This document shows positions 42,174-53,333 of a DNA stretch of 64,000 nucleotides, one piece after another. Below the pieces are notes generated by a model. The model was not told the origin of the DNA, searched no databases, and saw nothing but the letters and a program-made list of their open reading frames with translations. The position numbers and the translations under genes are program-made. Numbering within the stretch: the first letter of the stretch is position 1; the number at the start of each line of letters is the position of its first letter. This stretch comes from Histomonas meleagridis 2922-C6/04-290x (taxonomy: Eukaryota; Protista; Parabasalia), in contig JAANOX010000153.1 in assembly GCA_020184695.1 (NCBI GenBank), positions 1 through 64,000 on the forward strand, given 5' to 3'.

Positions 42174-42720
42174 CTAACTTTCTCCATCCTTTCCTTCATG
42201 TTCTGGAGAAGCAAAAAGTGGAATCGAACTTTTAATGGCATCATCATTTATTAACATATTAAATAATGAAATGCCAAAATCAATGATCTTTGGAAGACCA
42301 TTGTTTCCTATAACAATATTGGAGGGCTTTAAGTCGCGATGAATGACATTGTTATCGTGGAAATATTTAAAACCCTTAGAAATAACAATACATTTTTTGA
42401 AGTTTGTCATAAAGTGTGTCTTTTTCACATGGTTCAGTGATCTTTAAGTTTGAACATAATTCCATTTGAAAATAAAATGAAATATTTTTCTTTTGTGGAT
42501 TGTGTTCAAACCATATGTCAAAATATTTGACAACATTGGGATGTGAAATTTGTGATAATATCAAGATTTCATTAAAAATATTATCAAACGAATTATTTTT
42601 AATGCGTTTTATAGCATAGCTTTTTCCAGCAGAATTGTAAATAACTGAGAAAACAGTTACGGACGTTCTATTTCCAATTTCGCTGAATTGTAAACTTTGA
42701 CCGAAATCGTGAAGATAAGC
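42174..42720 (-). pseudogene. eIF2-alpha kinase (PEK)-like pseudogene with several frameshifts
   Basis: SRFRSKF, YAIKRI, EILILSQISHPNVVKYFDIWF, YFQMELC, IHRDLKPSNI and KIIDFGIS are spread over different frames. Confidence 0.7.
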
Positions 42721-43290
42721 TCGAATTCGAATTGTGTTTGTGTGATTGCTTAAGTTTATCTTTTGTACTTAATGTTTGATCTGTTAAATTTTTGACGCAA
42801 GTCACTAAATTTTCAACAATTTCCAGTAAACGTTAGTTTGAACTTTGTTAAACGGTCGTGTATAAAGGAGATCATAACCGTTTTTTATTATGTAAAAGTG
42901 AATATTAAATTGTTTACTTATGTAAACTAAACGAAGCCTATCAATTTTTTAGTATTTTAGAATGGGTTCAGTTGTTGTTTTGTATTCAAATATTCCTCAA
43001 CTAAAACAAAAATATCTTCTAAAGCAATGCACATACTGTGATAGCAAAGGAACAAGAAAAGACAAAATTTTTTATTCATTATTATATCTCGATATCTAAA
43101 AAAAATTTACATATTTGGAACCTGTAAATTGTCAATTTCAGTCACAGTAACCAAGGAACCTGAAGCTGCCGACCGCAACTCTTTATGACATTTCCAACCA
43201 GAACGAACATTTTGAAACACACGAATAAAACATCATATCTTGCTACAAGGATATCGCTTCTCCATATTTTCTTCTTTGCTGTCACTCTAA

Positions 43291-45598
43291 GTAACTATTT
43301 CCATTATTATTTGTAATTATCATTTAAATTTTCAATACCAACTACATCAAATCAAAAAAGGACAGATTTTACCACCTCTTAGGAATATTCCTTTAATATT
43401 TAATCATAATACTACCTCCAAAAAATTCAACAGTTTGATTTTTGATTATCATCAATCTTTAAATTTTCATAACAAATTATATTTCCCCTTAATTTTTCTA
43501 ACAAATTGTTCTTTTAATTTCAACCAAACATATTACCATTCATTTCCTTTTCATTCTCATCAAGCAAATCAAAAAATTTTCACATTTCAAATATTTAATT
43601 TTATTTTGAAACAATTTTTAGAAAACAATTTTTGTATCTTTAAAATCAGCAGTATTTATTTGATTTTATCTTTTATCTTTTTGCTTTTAAAAAATTTTTG
43701 TTCAATTAAATCTTTTTTACTAAATAAAGGCCATAAAAAATATCGAAGTGAAAATTTTTGTTTAATTTTTATTTTTATATTTTTCACAAAATGTTTCTCA
43801 ACTTTTGATAATTCAACCAAAACACTTACTATTTCCAATTCAGCAGATTATGATAATAGAATGTTGTATAAAAATGAAACAATTCATCTTATTATTGGAG
43901 GTTCCATCACTGTAATTGCAGATAATTGTTTTTCTGAGTGGAATCATTTGGAAAGTATAAAAATGAATGAATCAATCACTGCAATTGGAAATTCTGCATT
44001 TTATTCATGTTCTAATTTGAAAATAGTTTTTATTGGAGAAAATGTAACAACAATTGGAACTTCTGCATTTTTATATTGCACATCATTAGTAAATATTACA
44101 ATTCCAAACAAAGTAACAGAAATTGGAAATTCTGCATTTTATTCATGTTCTAATTTGAAAATAGTTTTTATTGGAGAAAATGTGGAAAGAATTGGAACTT
44201 CTGCATTTTCAGATTGCACATCATTAGTAAATATTACAATTCCAAATAAAGTAACAACAATCGGAATTAATGCATTTTCATATTGCAGATCATTAGTAAA
44301 TATTACAATTCCAAACAAAGTAATAGAAATTGGAAATTCTGCATTTTATTCATGTTCTAATTTGAAAATAGTTTTTATTGGAGAAAATGTAGAAAGAATT
44401 GGAAATTTTGCATTCTATAATTGCACATCATTAATAAATATTAAAATTCCAAACAAAGTAATAGAAATTGGAAATTATGCATTTTATTCATGTTCTAATT
44501 TGAAAATAGTTTTTATTGGAGAAAACACAAATGCAATTGGCATTAATGCATTTAGTTCATGTACAAAACTTAAATTCATTCATGTTTCGAATGAAAATTT
44601 ATATTTTGCCAATTATCAAAATGATGGAATTTTATATGATAAACAAATCAATAGAATAAATATTTATCCATCAGGAAATTTAAATGTTAAATTTGAAGTT
44701 CCATTTTCAGTAAAAGAAATTGGAAGTTATTCATTTGTTTCATGTCTTAATTTAGAAACGATTTATATTGGAGAAAATGTTACTTCAATTGAAGCAAATG
44801 CATTTTCATCATGCGATAAACTCAAATGCATTTATTACTTTGGAGAAACAGAACCAACAAATTCATCAAATACATTTATAGATGTAGCAGCAGAAATTGT
44901 CATGACAACAAATTCATATAATGGATCAACATTTGGCGGATTAAATGTGGCCAAAGGAACAATAATAAATGAATGCGCCTTATTAACAAATACATTTCCT
45001 AAGTCAAATACATATACTAAATCGAATACATTAACGAAATCTAATGCATTTACGAATTCATATGAAATTTCATTTGTTGTTTCGAATTCATTTACTTTTT
45101 CATATTCGAATGGTATAACATTAACGAATACAATAACATTAACACAATCACTATCTATTACGCAAACAATAAGTATTTATAATTCGACGTATTCGAATTC
45201 ATTTTCTGTTTCTATTTTTAATTCTGTATTAACATATGTTTTGAGTGAATTTATTTATTACGAATATACTGTTGTTGTGTATTCGACTTATTATTACATA
45301 TATTATAGTAATTTCTTATTATCAAAATGAAAATATTAATGATGATAATAAAAACACAATTATAATTATAAGTGTTTGCGTTGCAATTGTCGTAATTGTA
45401 ATAATTGCAATACTTATCATAGTTTTGATGCGAATTCATAATAAAAAACAAATAAGTATTGAACAAGAAGCAAAAAGTTTCGAAGAAAATGAAAATGTAA
45501 AAGAAAATACATTTGCAATGGGAACATCAACAAATAATATTGATGAAGATCCATTTGCGGATGATTTTAAAGAAGAAAAATTCATTAATCACATTTAG
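43291..45598 (+). CDS. BspA-like LRR surface protein; TM and cytoplasmic tail in a shifted frame after ~45315; no AUG upstream of the signal-like segment
   Basis: Many TpLRR units and a Ser/Thr stalk. The 45245..45598 frame supplies the TM (IIIISVCVAIVVIVIIAILIIV) and the EDPFADDF tail. Confidence 0.8.
43984..44530 (+). repeat. Near-identical 69/138-bp LRR-coding units
   Basis: ATTGGAAATTCTGCATTTTATTCATGTTCTAATTTGAAAATAG.. recurs at 43984, 44122, 44329 and, with one change, 44467. Confidence 0.9.
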
Positions 45599-46006
45599 CA
45601 TAAAAACATTTGCTTATTAATTAAGTAAAAATTCGGTAAAATTTAAATTTAAGAGTTGAATAGTATTTTTATAATGAGATTTGTTGTGTTTAACATTTCA
45701 AGAAATTTATGATGTAATTGGATATCACTGATAACATGTTAGAAATGGAAATCAAATTGATAACACAAAATCAGAATTTCAACTACAATTTTGATAAAGA
45801 TTTAAATTTATTATGATGAATTTATTAATAAATTATCTTCTCAATATAACTTTATAATAATGAATATTTCTGAAGATATTTTTGTTTTAGATCATTTTAC
45901 GGTTTTGACATTCCGCCGGCGGAAGATGTACACCTTTGCGAACATAAATTCATCCGAAAAAAAATTTAAATTAAATGCTTTGAAAGAAAATTTACAAATA
46001 TATTTA

Positions 46007-48190
46007 TTATTTATTAGAATCTATGTTTTCACATAATGGCTGTTGCAAAACTTTGCTTACGAAATCATTAACTTGAGCTAACAATGATGAGTAATATATT
46101 TGGATATGCTCTGCTTCATCTGTTAATTTTTTATCTTTAATTGATATACTTTTCGATATTTTCAAAATAATACTTATTGATGTTAAAATTGCGATCATAT
46201 CAGGTGCAAACGATGAAATTTGTTTACAAGTCTTAAAAATAGCAATAATTATATTAAGAAAAGTAAAAGAATTTGAAGCCAAAAACAAAAAATTTTCTTT
46301 TTGTGACAACTTTGAATCAAATTCTTTAAGAACATTTAATACTGAAGAAGAATAAGAAATCAATGATAAAATTGAATTTTCAGATTCTTTATAATATGAT
46401 TTTAATATATTTATACAATTTAATATATCATTTGGAAATATATTTAATATTTCAAATGTTTGTTGATATAAAGAAGAATTATTATTCTTTAAAATATTTA
46501 ACAATTTTTCCTTTTCATTTAATATTTTATTTAAATTATCAATTAATTTTAAAATGTTTTCAATATTACCATAAATAATTGGCGGTGTATCTATTTGTAT
46601 CTTTTGTATTTCTATTAAATGCGAATATATATTTTTAAGTTCTTCTTGATAACCTTCATTAATAAGTTTATTAATTGGATATGATAAAATATTTAATAAT
46701 GTTTCCGATCGATTATATATAATTGAAAAAATAGTTAAATAAAATTGATTTAACCATTTTTCAAATTGTTTTAATGATTTTTGTAGTTTTTCAAAATATG
46801 TAAATAATAATTGTTTTCTTTCAGTGTCAATAGTGTTTACTATTAATTTATTTAATGAACGTATTAATAAATGAAATGAACAAAAATATTTATTTTGAAT
46901 TTCATCAAAACTTAAATTTTTGTTTTTAATTTCTTTTAATTTTTCGATTTCATTAAATAATTCTTTTTCTGATCCTTCATTATTAATAATATTTGACATT
47001 TCAATTACAATTTTCATAATTTCATTACATAAATTTTGATTTATTATTGTGATATTTTTTAGTAAATTTAAAAGTGTTTTTTCTGTGAAATTAAAATCAG
47101 ATGAAATAATTGAAATAAATCGTATAAATGATGGTAATATTATCGTTGAAATTTCGGTATCAATTTCATATGTTTGAAGTGTTGACATTAATGTATTATA
47201 AATTGATATGTATTCATTTCCATAACTTTCTACTTTATGTTTAAACAAAGAAAATATTTCTTGTGATATTTGAATATGTTTATTAATTTCAGTTTTATCT
47301 AAATATGATTGTGATAATGTTTCTGTGATATATGAAATATCTTTAGAAACATTTTGTAAAATTATATTATTCAGCATTTGAAGTGAAATCCTAAAAAAGA
47401 TTGTGGATGATAAAAAATCAACTCGAACATGCTCAGCAAGCATAATAATCTCATTAAAAATATCAAAAGCACATTTGGATAATAAAATATGATTGGAAGA
47501 TTTAACCGTTAAAAGAAGTTTTTCTAAATTTGAAATTTTTTGGATCCATAACTTAAAAGCTTGAAATTTTTTTGGGTCTTTATGAATAATATCGACGTCT
47601 GCGACAAGGAAAATAAGTTCTATTTCAAGCTTATCAATTGCTGTTAATGTAATGGAAATTTTGGTGGTGATTTCATCAATAGATTCTTGATCAGGAAGTT
47701 TTGAAATTAAAATGTTTCTTTCATTTTCAATAAATTCCTTGATTTGAACGAATTTATTATGGATGTTCTTTGCTTTTTCTTCAAGAGTTCCTAAAAAACG
47801 AACCATTGTTGTTGATGTAATCGAAATAAAATATGGAATAAATGAATTAAACTCATTTAATTCCTCAATTGCTTCATGTAATTCATTTTGTTGTTCTTGA
47901 GATAATATAATTTGATTTTCCATCATAGTTATGAAAAATGAAGATAATTGAACAATACGACAATAAATTTGTTTGATTTTCTTTTGTGGTTCAGTAGCTG
48001 TCAAAGGAATGATTACAATAAACTCCTTTAATAAATCACAAATATTTGATATCATTTCATATGCGTTTTCAATTATTTCTTCTTTTTCATCAATACGAAT
48101 TTTACAAAATTCTTCGTTTGCAAACGAATCGTTTAAATTGATGTTGGGAAACTTCGAAATCGCTTGTACGTAACTTTTGAAGTTTCTCAT
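46007..48190 (-). CDS. Hypothetical helical protein (~727 aa)
   Basis: Long I/L/N/K/E-rich ORF; no family recognised. Confidence 0.7.
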   Translation of the reverse strand: MRNFKSYVQAISKFPNINLNDSFANEEFCKIRIDEKEEIIENAYEMISNICDLLKEFIVIIPLTATEPQKKIKQIYCRIVQLSSFFITMMENQIILSQEQQNELHEAIEELNEFNSFIPYFISITSTTMVRFLGTLEEKAKNIHNKFVQIKEFIENERNILISKLPDQESIDEITTKISITLTAIDKLEIELIFLVADVDIIHKDPKKFQAFKLWIQKISNLEKLLLTVKSSNHILLSKCAFDIFNEIIMLAEHVRVDFLSSTIFFRISLQMLNNIILQNVSKDISYITETLSQSYLDKTEINKHIQISQEIFSLFKHKVESYGNEYISIYNTLMSTLQTYEIDTEISTIILPSFIRFISIISSDFNFTEKTLLNLLKNITIINQNLCNEIMKIVIEMSNIINNEGSEKELFNEIEKLKEIKNKNLSFDEIQNKYFCSFHLLIRSLNKLIVNTIDTERKQLLFTYFEKLQKSLKQFEKWLNQFYLTIFSIIYNRSETLLNILSYPINKLINEGYQEELKNIYSHLIEIQKIQIDTPPIIYGNIENILKLIDNLNKILNEKEKLLNILKNNNSSLYQQTFEILNIFPNDILNCINILKSYYKESENSILSLISYSSSVLNVLKEFDSKLSQKENFLFLASNSFTFLNIIIAIFKTCKQISSFAPDMIAILTSISIILKISKSISIKDKKLTDEAEHIQIYYSSLLAQVNDFVSKVLQQPLCENIDSNK

Positions 48191-48226
48191 TTTCCATTCA
48201 AACAAAGTAAGTCAATTTTGTTTTAT

Positions 48227-49690
48227 TTACATCTTAACGTTCCCAATTGACCTGTTGTTTTCCATGTTTTTCTTGGGCATTTTCATTGATGATCTTGTAG
48301 ACAACAGAACCTGACTTCCTCTCATTGAGGAACTTGATATACTTTTCTTATGTGCAGTTGCTTGATGAATTTCCGTATTACTCAACTTAATATGTGCAAG
48401 TTGATCTTCATAAGGTTTTCCATCCCAAAGAAATGCAGCTCCTTTCCGTGATTTGTACTCTACAAGTGCTAACATTAACTTCTTTTCTATTCTTGGAAGA
48501 AGTGATTTGATTCTTCTGCACATTTGTTCATTCTTCGCAACTTGTTTTTGATCTATTGGCTTCTTTTGGTTCTTAGGATCCTTTGTCTTTTTATTTTCTT
48601 CCATTAATTGCTCATTTTGTTGAACAAGATCTTCTCTTTGTTTAATCAATTCTATTACTGGCTTAAGTTCTTTAGCTTTTTGGCTAAGTGTTTCATATCT
48701 TTGATCTAACCAATCATAGAAATCATTAATGTTTTCTGGATCAATTGGATTTTCTTCAATTTCTTCTTCTGAAAGGTGAAGCTCCTTTTCGAGTTTACTT
48801 ATTTCTTCTTGTTGTGTTTTAATGATTTGTGGGAGCTTGGATTCGCGTAAACCTTTCAAATCGTTAATTAAAGTGTCAATTTTGCTTAACGTCTTTTTGC
48901 CAACGGTTTTTAACGTTTTCACAAATGAATCTCTTTCCTTCTGTGGGATATCAAGGATGTTCCAAAGCTTTTGTAATGTCTTAAGCTTATCCTGATATTC
49001 AGCTTGATATTGTTCACGAGTTTGAAGAAGTATGTCTTTATGGTCATGTAATTCATTTATGCTTTGAACAGAAACTTTTTTCTGTGTTAAGATTGTTAAT
49101 ATTGATGGTGGTATTTCTTCTTCAATTTCTCGTGATATACTTCGGATCTCTTTCTCAAGTGTTTGGAATTGATTCTTACGAGTTGAAATTTCAGAATTTA
49201 ATTGACTTATTTTGGCCTCATAACGACTCAAACGCTCTTTGCTAAAGTCAGATTTGCCAATTTCCTTGAACTCACCTCTATCTTCAATTTCAAGTTGATC
49301 AAATAGTTCATTAATTTGTTTTTGCACGGATTTAAATTTGTCAAGCATCTCAGCATGTTGCTTAATGAACATAGAGTATTCATTGTTTAGGTTAGAAAGT
49401 GATTCTTTGATTGTTAATGTAAGGCATTTTGAAACTTTTGCTTTTACAGCTTCTTCTGAAAGACCAAATGCTTGAAGTGCTTGCTTATATTCATCTCTTT
49501 TCTCAGAAACTTGGTTTTTCATTTGTTCATATGTTTGTGAGAGCTGATTTTGATAATCTTCTATTGCTGATTGAATTACTTTTGAAAGTTTTTCTTTTTC
49601 CTGAAGAATTTCCTCTTCGCTATAGCCTATCGACTGCCATATTGAGCTAATATTTTCTTGTTCAGCTGGTTGTAATGCGCTTAAATACAT
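48227..49690 (-). CDS. MAP65/Ase1/PRC1 family microtubule cross-linker
   Basis: SIWQSIGYS, LQKLWNILDIP..ERDSF, KSLLPRIEKKL..FLWDGKPY. Confidence 0.82.
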   Translation of the reverse strand: MYLSALQPAEQENISSIWQSIGYSEEEILQEKEKLSKVIQSAIEDYQNQLSQTYEQMKNQVSEKRDEYKQALQAFGLSEEAVKAKVSKCLTLTIKESLSNLNNEYSMFIKQHAEMLDKFKSVQKQINELFDQLEIEDRGEFKEIGKSDFSKERLSRYEAKISQLNSEISTRKNQFQTLEKEIRSISREIEEEIPPSILTILTQKKVSVQSINELHDHKDILLQTREQYQAEYQDKLKTLQKLWNILDIPQKERDSFVKTLKTVGKKTLSKIDTLINDLKGLRESKLPQIIKTQQEEISKLEKELHLSEEEIEENPIDPENINDFYDWLDQRYETLSQKAKELKPVIELIKQREDLVQQNEQLMEENKKTKDPKNQKKPIDQKQVAKNEQMCRRIKSLLPRIEKKLMLALVEYKSRKGAAFLWDGKPYEDQLAHIKLSNTEIHQATAHKKSISSSSMRGSQVLLSTRSSMKMPKKNMENNRSIGNVKM

Positions 49691-51180
49691 TAAATGTGAA
49701 AATTAAACGTACCGAACCGCTCGTTGTACGTTATACTCTTTTGAAATACGTTTAGCATGATATCACAACAGTTTGATGAAAAATACTGTGCTTGATGTTC
49801 ATATTGGCACGCCAAATGATGAAAAACATCCAATAACTTCTCTCTGAGACAAAATCAAACAAGTAAACTTCTTTTAAGGGTATACTCGAACGACGATCAA
49901 TGTTAACTTTTTGAATACTTGGGAAAAATCTTTGTTTTTTAAAATATCTTATATTTAATTGAATTTTTATTGACAGCAATTTGATATTCATTCCATAATT
50001 GAGTGTAATCCAATATATTATGTCATTTTTATAAGTTTATTATCAATTGTTCAAGTAATAAAAAAAATTTATATATTAGTTTATACCAGTGAATCAGTAT
50101 ATTAAAAGATATTATCGGATCAAAAAAAAAGATGAACGATCAATATTTGAAATAAATTGAATGTATCGTCTTTCCCGATAGATTTTGATTGATTTTTGAT
50201 CGGACAAAGAGTAATTTCTTATTGTAAAAAAACCATAGAGAATTTGAATGAAAATGGACTCCTCTCAAATTGAGGAATCTGCCAAGAAATTTTTGTATTA
50301 AAATATCAAAAATATATGGATAAAAAAAGTGAAATTTAGAACTCCATGAAAAAAATCTTAAAATTTGCTTGCATTTCCAGAAATATTCAAACGAAGGGTA
50401 ATTAAATCATATATGTAATTTTTTATAAACTCTATTGAGATGAAGTGGATCATTTGGATTTAGGATGATTTTTGGTTCGAACATTAATCAAAATTTTTAC
50501 AACTGAATGTGAAATAAAAATCAATAAAACTTTTATGAAAATTAGAATATGTAATGCCCTTCTAAATTCTATTGAAATGAGAAAAAACTATTCAATATTT
50601 ATTTTAAAACACATTCTGCAGTTTTAGGTAAAAAATTATATACTATAAATGATCCAACATTTTTTTACCTACACAACAGTTATTCTCAATATATAATAAT
50701 ATTAGAAAAGGGATATATCTATAGTTTTCCGGAAATTACTTTTTGTTCTTGGAAATAAATTATGTAATGAGAAATTTTGGATTTTTTCCAAAAAATCTTC
50801 GATTTTTTCAAGTAAACCTCAGAAAAATTAACGTACAAAATTTTAAAACAATCGAATTGTTTTTGACCCTTGATTGTCAAAAATTTAAACCGTCGTTTTT
50901 CAATTTAAATTGGTCGCGTTTTAGGGGGGCTTGAAATGAAAGAAGCGAAGAATGAATTTCACCTCCGCTCGATGACGAAATTCAAAAAGAAAAAGAAGAG
51001 CACTCTAATAACGACCGTTAGGGTTTATCTATTTTAAAACAACATTATCTTTTGCTATACAGCCTTCTTCAAAGTACTTCCAGTTCTCTCTTTTGGAACT
51101 TGATCTCTTCAATATTGGGTTGGCATCCCTTACAACCTTTTGAAAAATTTATTTCAGCTTTCTTACTTTTTTCAGGTTGA

Positions 51181-52817
51181 ATGACTTTCACCTTAATAAC
51201 TTATGCAGCTATTACCAGGTGCACATTTAAAACGTTTGACACAATTAATACTGCACAAAAAAAACTCGGTCAATTCTTATTTTCAAATTCCGAAAACAAT
51301 GCAAGGAACACCTCAACATATAAAAGAAATTCTTATGTTTCCAACACTTGCTTTCATGTTAACATAAAACATTTTCTACATCTTTTTAATTTTACTGGAT
51401 TATTCGATCTTTTCTATTCGCATATAAAACGCTCTTTACACAACACAATATCAATGCCATCACAGGGGCTTCAGGTTAAAGCAAATTATTTTGATACATT
51501 TTTATCAAATCATGATTATAAAATTCTTAAGATTTCATACTATAGTTGCAACGCAATCCCAAATTTCTTTTCTCTCTTTTTATGCATTTTAGTATTAATA
51601 ATTTTATTGTATATAAATTATTTCTCGGAAAACGAATTTAAGCCAAAATCTGTTGAAACGAATTTTTTCTCATTTCTTTTTATATCATTTTTTGCTCAAA
51701 CATTTCAGAAATATATTAATGCCAATGAAACACTTTTAATATACAATGAAAAAGACTTTTGGAGTGATCACTCTAACACAACTGTTAGTGTTATCATAGA
51801 TCTAAATTCATCAATTCCAAGCGGTGAATTCGGTTCATGGCCTCTTCTGACTTATGTTTACATCGGCGACTTAGTTACGTCAATTGGAGGCTATGCGTTT
51901 TCATATTGCTCTAATTTGGAGACAGTTATAATTGGCGAAAACGTAAAAAAAATTGGAGGTTCTGCTTTTATATCATGTACAAAGTTATTGAACATCACAA
52001 TTCCTTCTTCAGTTACTTTAATTGGAGGCTCTGCATTTTTCAATTGCTCTCGTTTGGAAACAGTTATACTTGGCGAAAGCATAAAAGAAATTGAAGATTC
52101 TGCTTTTGCATTTTGTTCAAATCTAAAATGTATTTACTTTTACGGAATATCAGAACCAAGTATTGGACAAAATGCTTTCTCTAATGTTTCGGCACCAGTA
52201 ATTGTATTGATTGAATATAAAGATAAATTTTTAGGAAGTTTAGCTGTCAGCAATGATACAACTGTTGATGGCTGCGCGCCGATGCCGACGCTTCCATTCA
52301 CGCAGTCGAACACGTTCTCTACTTCGAACACGTTCGCTGCTTCACTTCGCGGAGATATTTCGCAGACGTTTTCGTTTACATTGACAGTTACTTTGTCTGT
52401 TTCATATTCGCTGACGTATTCTGCGCTTGGCACGCAAACGCTTTCGTATTATTTGAGTAATTCGATGATAACTTATGTTGAAACGAATTTCATATACTAC
52501 AGTTACACAGTCATTGTATATTCGACATATTATAGCTATTACTCGAACTTCTTCACGTATGTGTATCTGAGTCCAAGTGATGCATCGGGCGGAATGACAA
52601 CTGCGGCGCTGATCGGAATAATCTGCGGCGCCGTCGCATTCGTTTTGATTGTCGTCGCAGCTGTTACGTTTTTGGTGAAAAGTAATAACAGAAAGGGGAA
52701 AAGTCGAGCGTGAAGCTGCAGTTTAAGGAGACAACGACGTCAACGACAAAGCAGTACGACGATGTCGACAGCATAGTGGAAGAGCTCGCGAAAGAAGACG
52801 AAGACAATTGGATATGA
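51181..52817 (+). CDS. BspA-like LRR surface protein with TM; acidic tail in a shifted frame after 52695-52702
   Basis: Paralog of 6745 with TM LIGIICGAVAFVLIVVAAVTFLV. Adding one G to GGGG gives ..EKSSVKLQFKE..EDEDNWI*. Confidence 0.85.
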
Positions 52818-53333
52818 CGAAATTGTTGAGTAAAATATTTCATTTTTTATGTGAAAGAATTTGATTATCCATTTTAGGGATACGTAATAGCATATAAATA
52901 GATGTAGACAAATTTAGAGTAAGATATAATGATTTTAAATTTATAAACGTTACAATACTTTTTATAAGCAAAACATTAATATAAGGAATAACAAATCAAT
53001 TCCCTTGATAAACTAGAATTCACAAGCAATATAATGAAAAGTTTGAATAGAATTTATTTGGTATCTATTTTTGAATGATGTCTTGAAGTAATGTTTCGTT
53101 CAACCACATTAGTTAATCTATATCTTGATGTCGTTCGTTCCTAATTTATGTTCTAAATTCCACGAATAAAAGCTCTTTCTTTAGTAAATACACCATTATA
53201 TTGATTTCCACAATAAAAAATTTTTATGCAAAAATACTTTCGGAATTTTATTCACATGTAACATAAAACACAAAAACATTTAGGCGAATATGTAATGTTT
53301 TAACAATTGGAAAAACTCATATTAAAGAAACGT

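Noticed and set aside
43135-43235. Possible box C/D snoRNA on the minus strand (ATGATGT..CTGA)
   Set aside because: The C box is imperfect, there is no terminal stem, and no rRNA-complementary guide was identified.
49770-50320. Decayed coding-like sequence (MKNTVLDVHIGTPNDEKHPITSL*DKIK..)
   Set aside because: Multiple stops and no identifiable family, so it is too weak to annotate.
52691-52713. Programmed -1 frameshift at GGGGAAAA
   Set aside because: The G_GGA_AAA heptamer is not in the correct phase and no downstream stimulatory structure is evident; an indel is more parsimonious.
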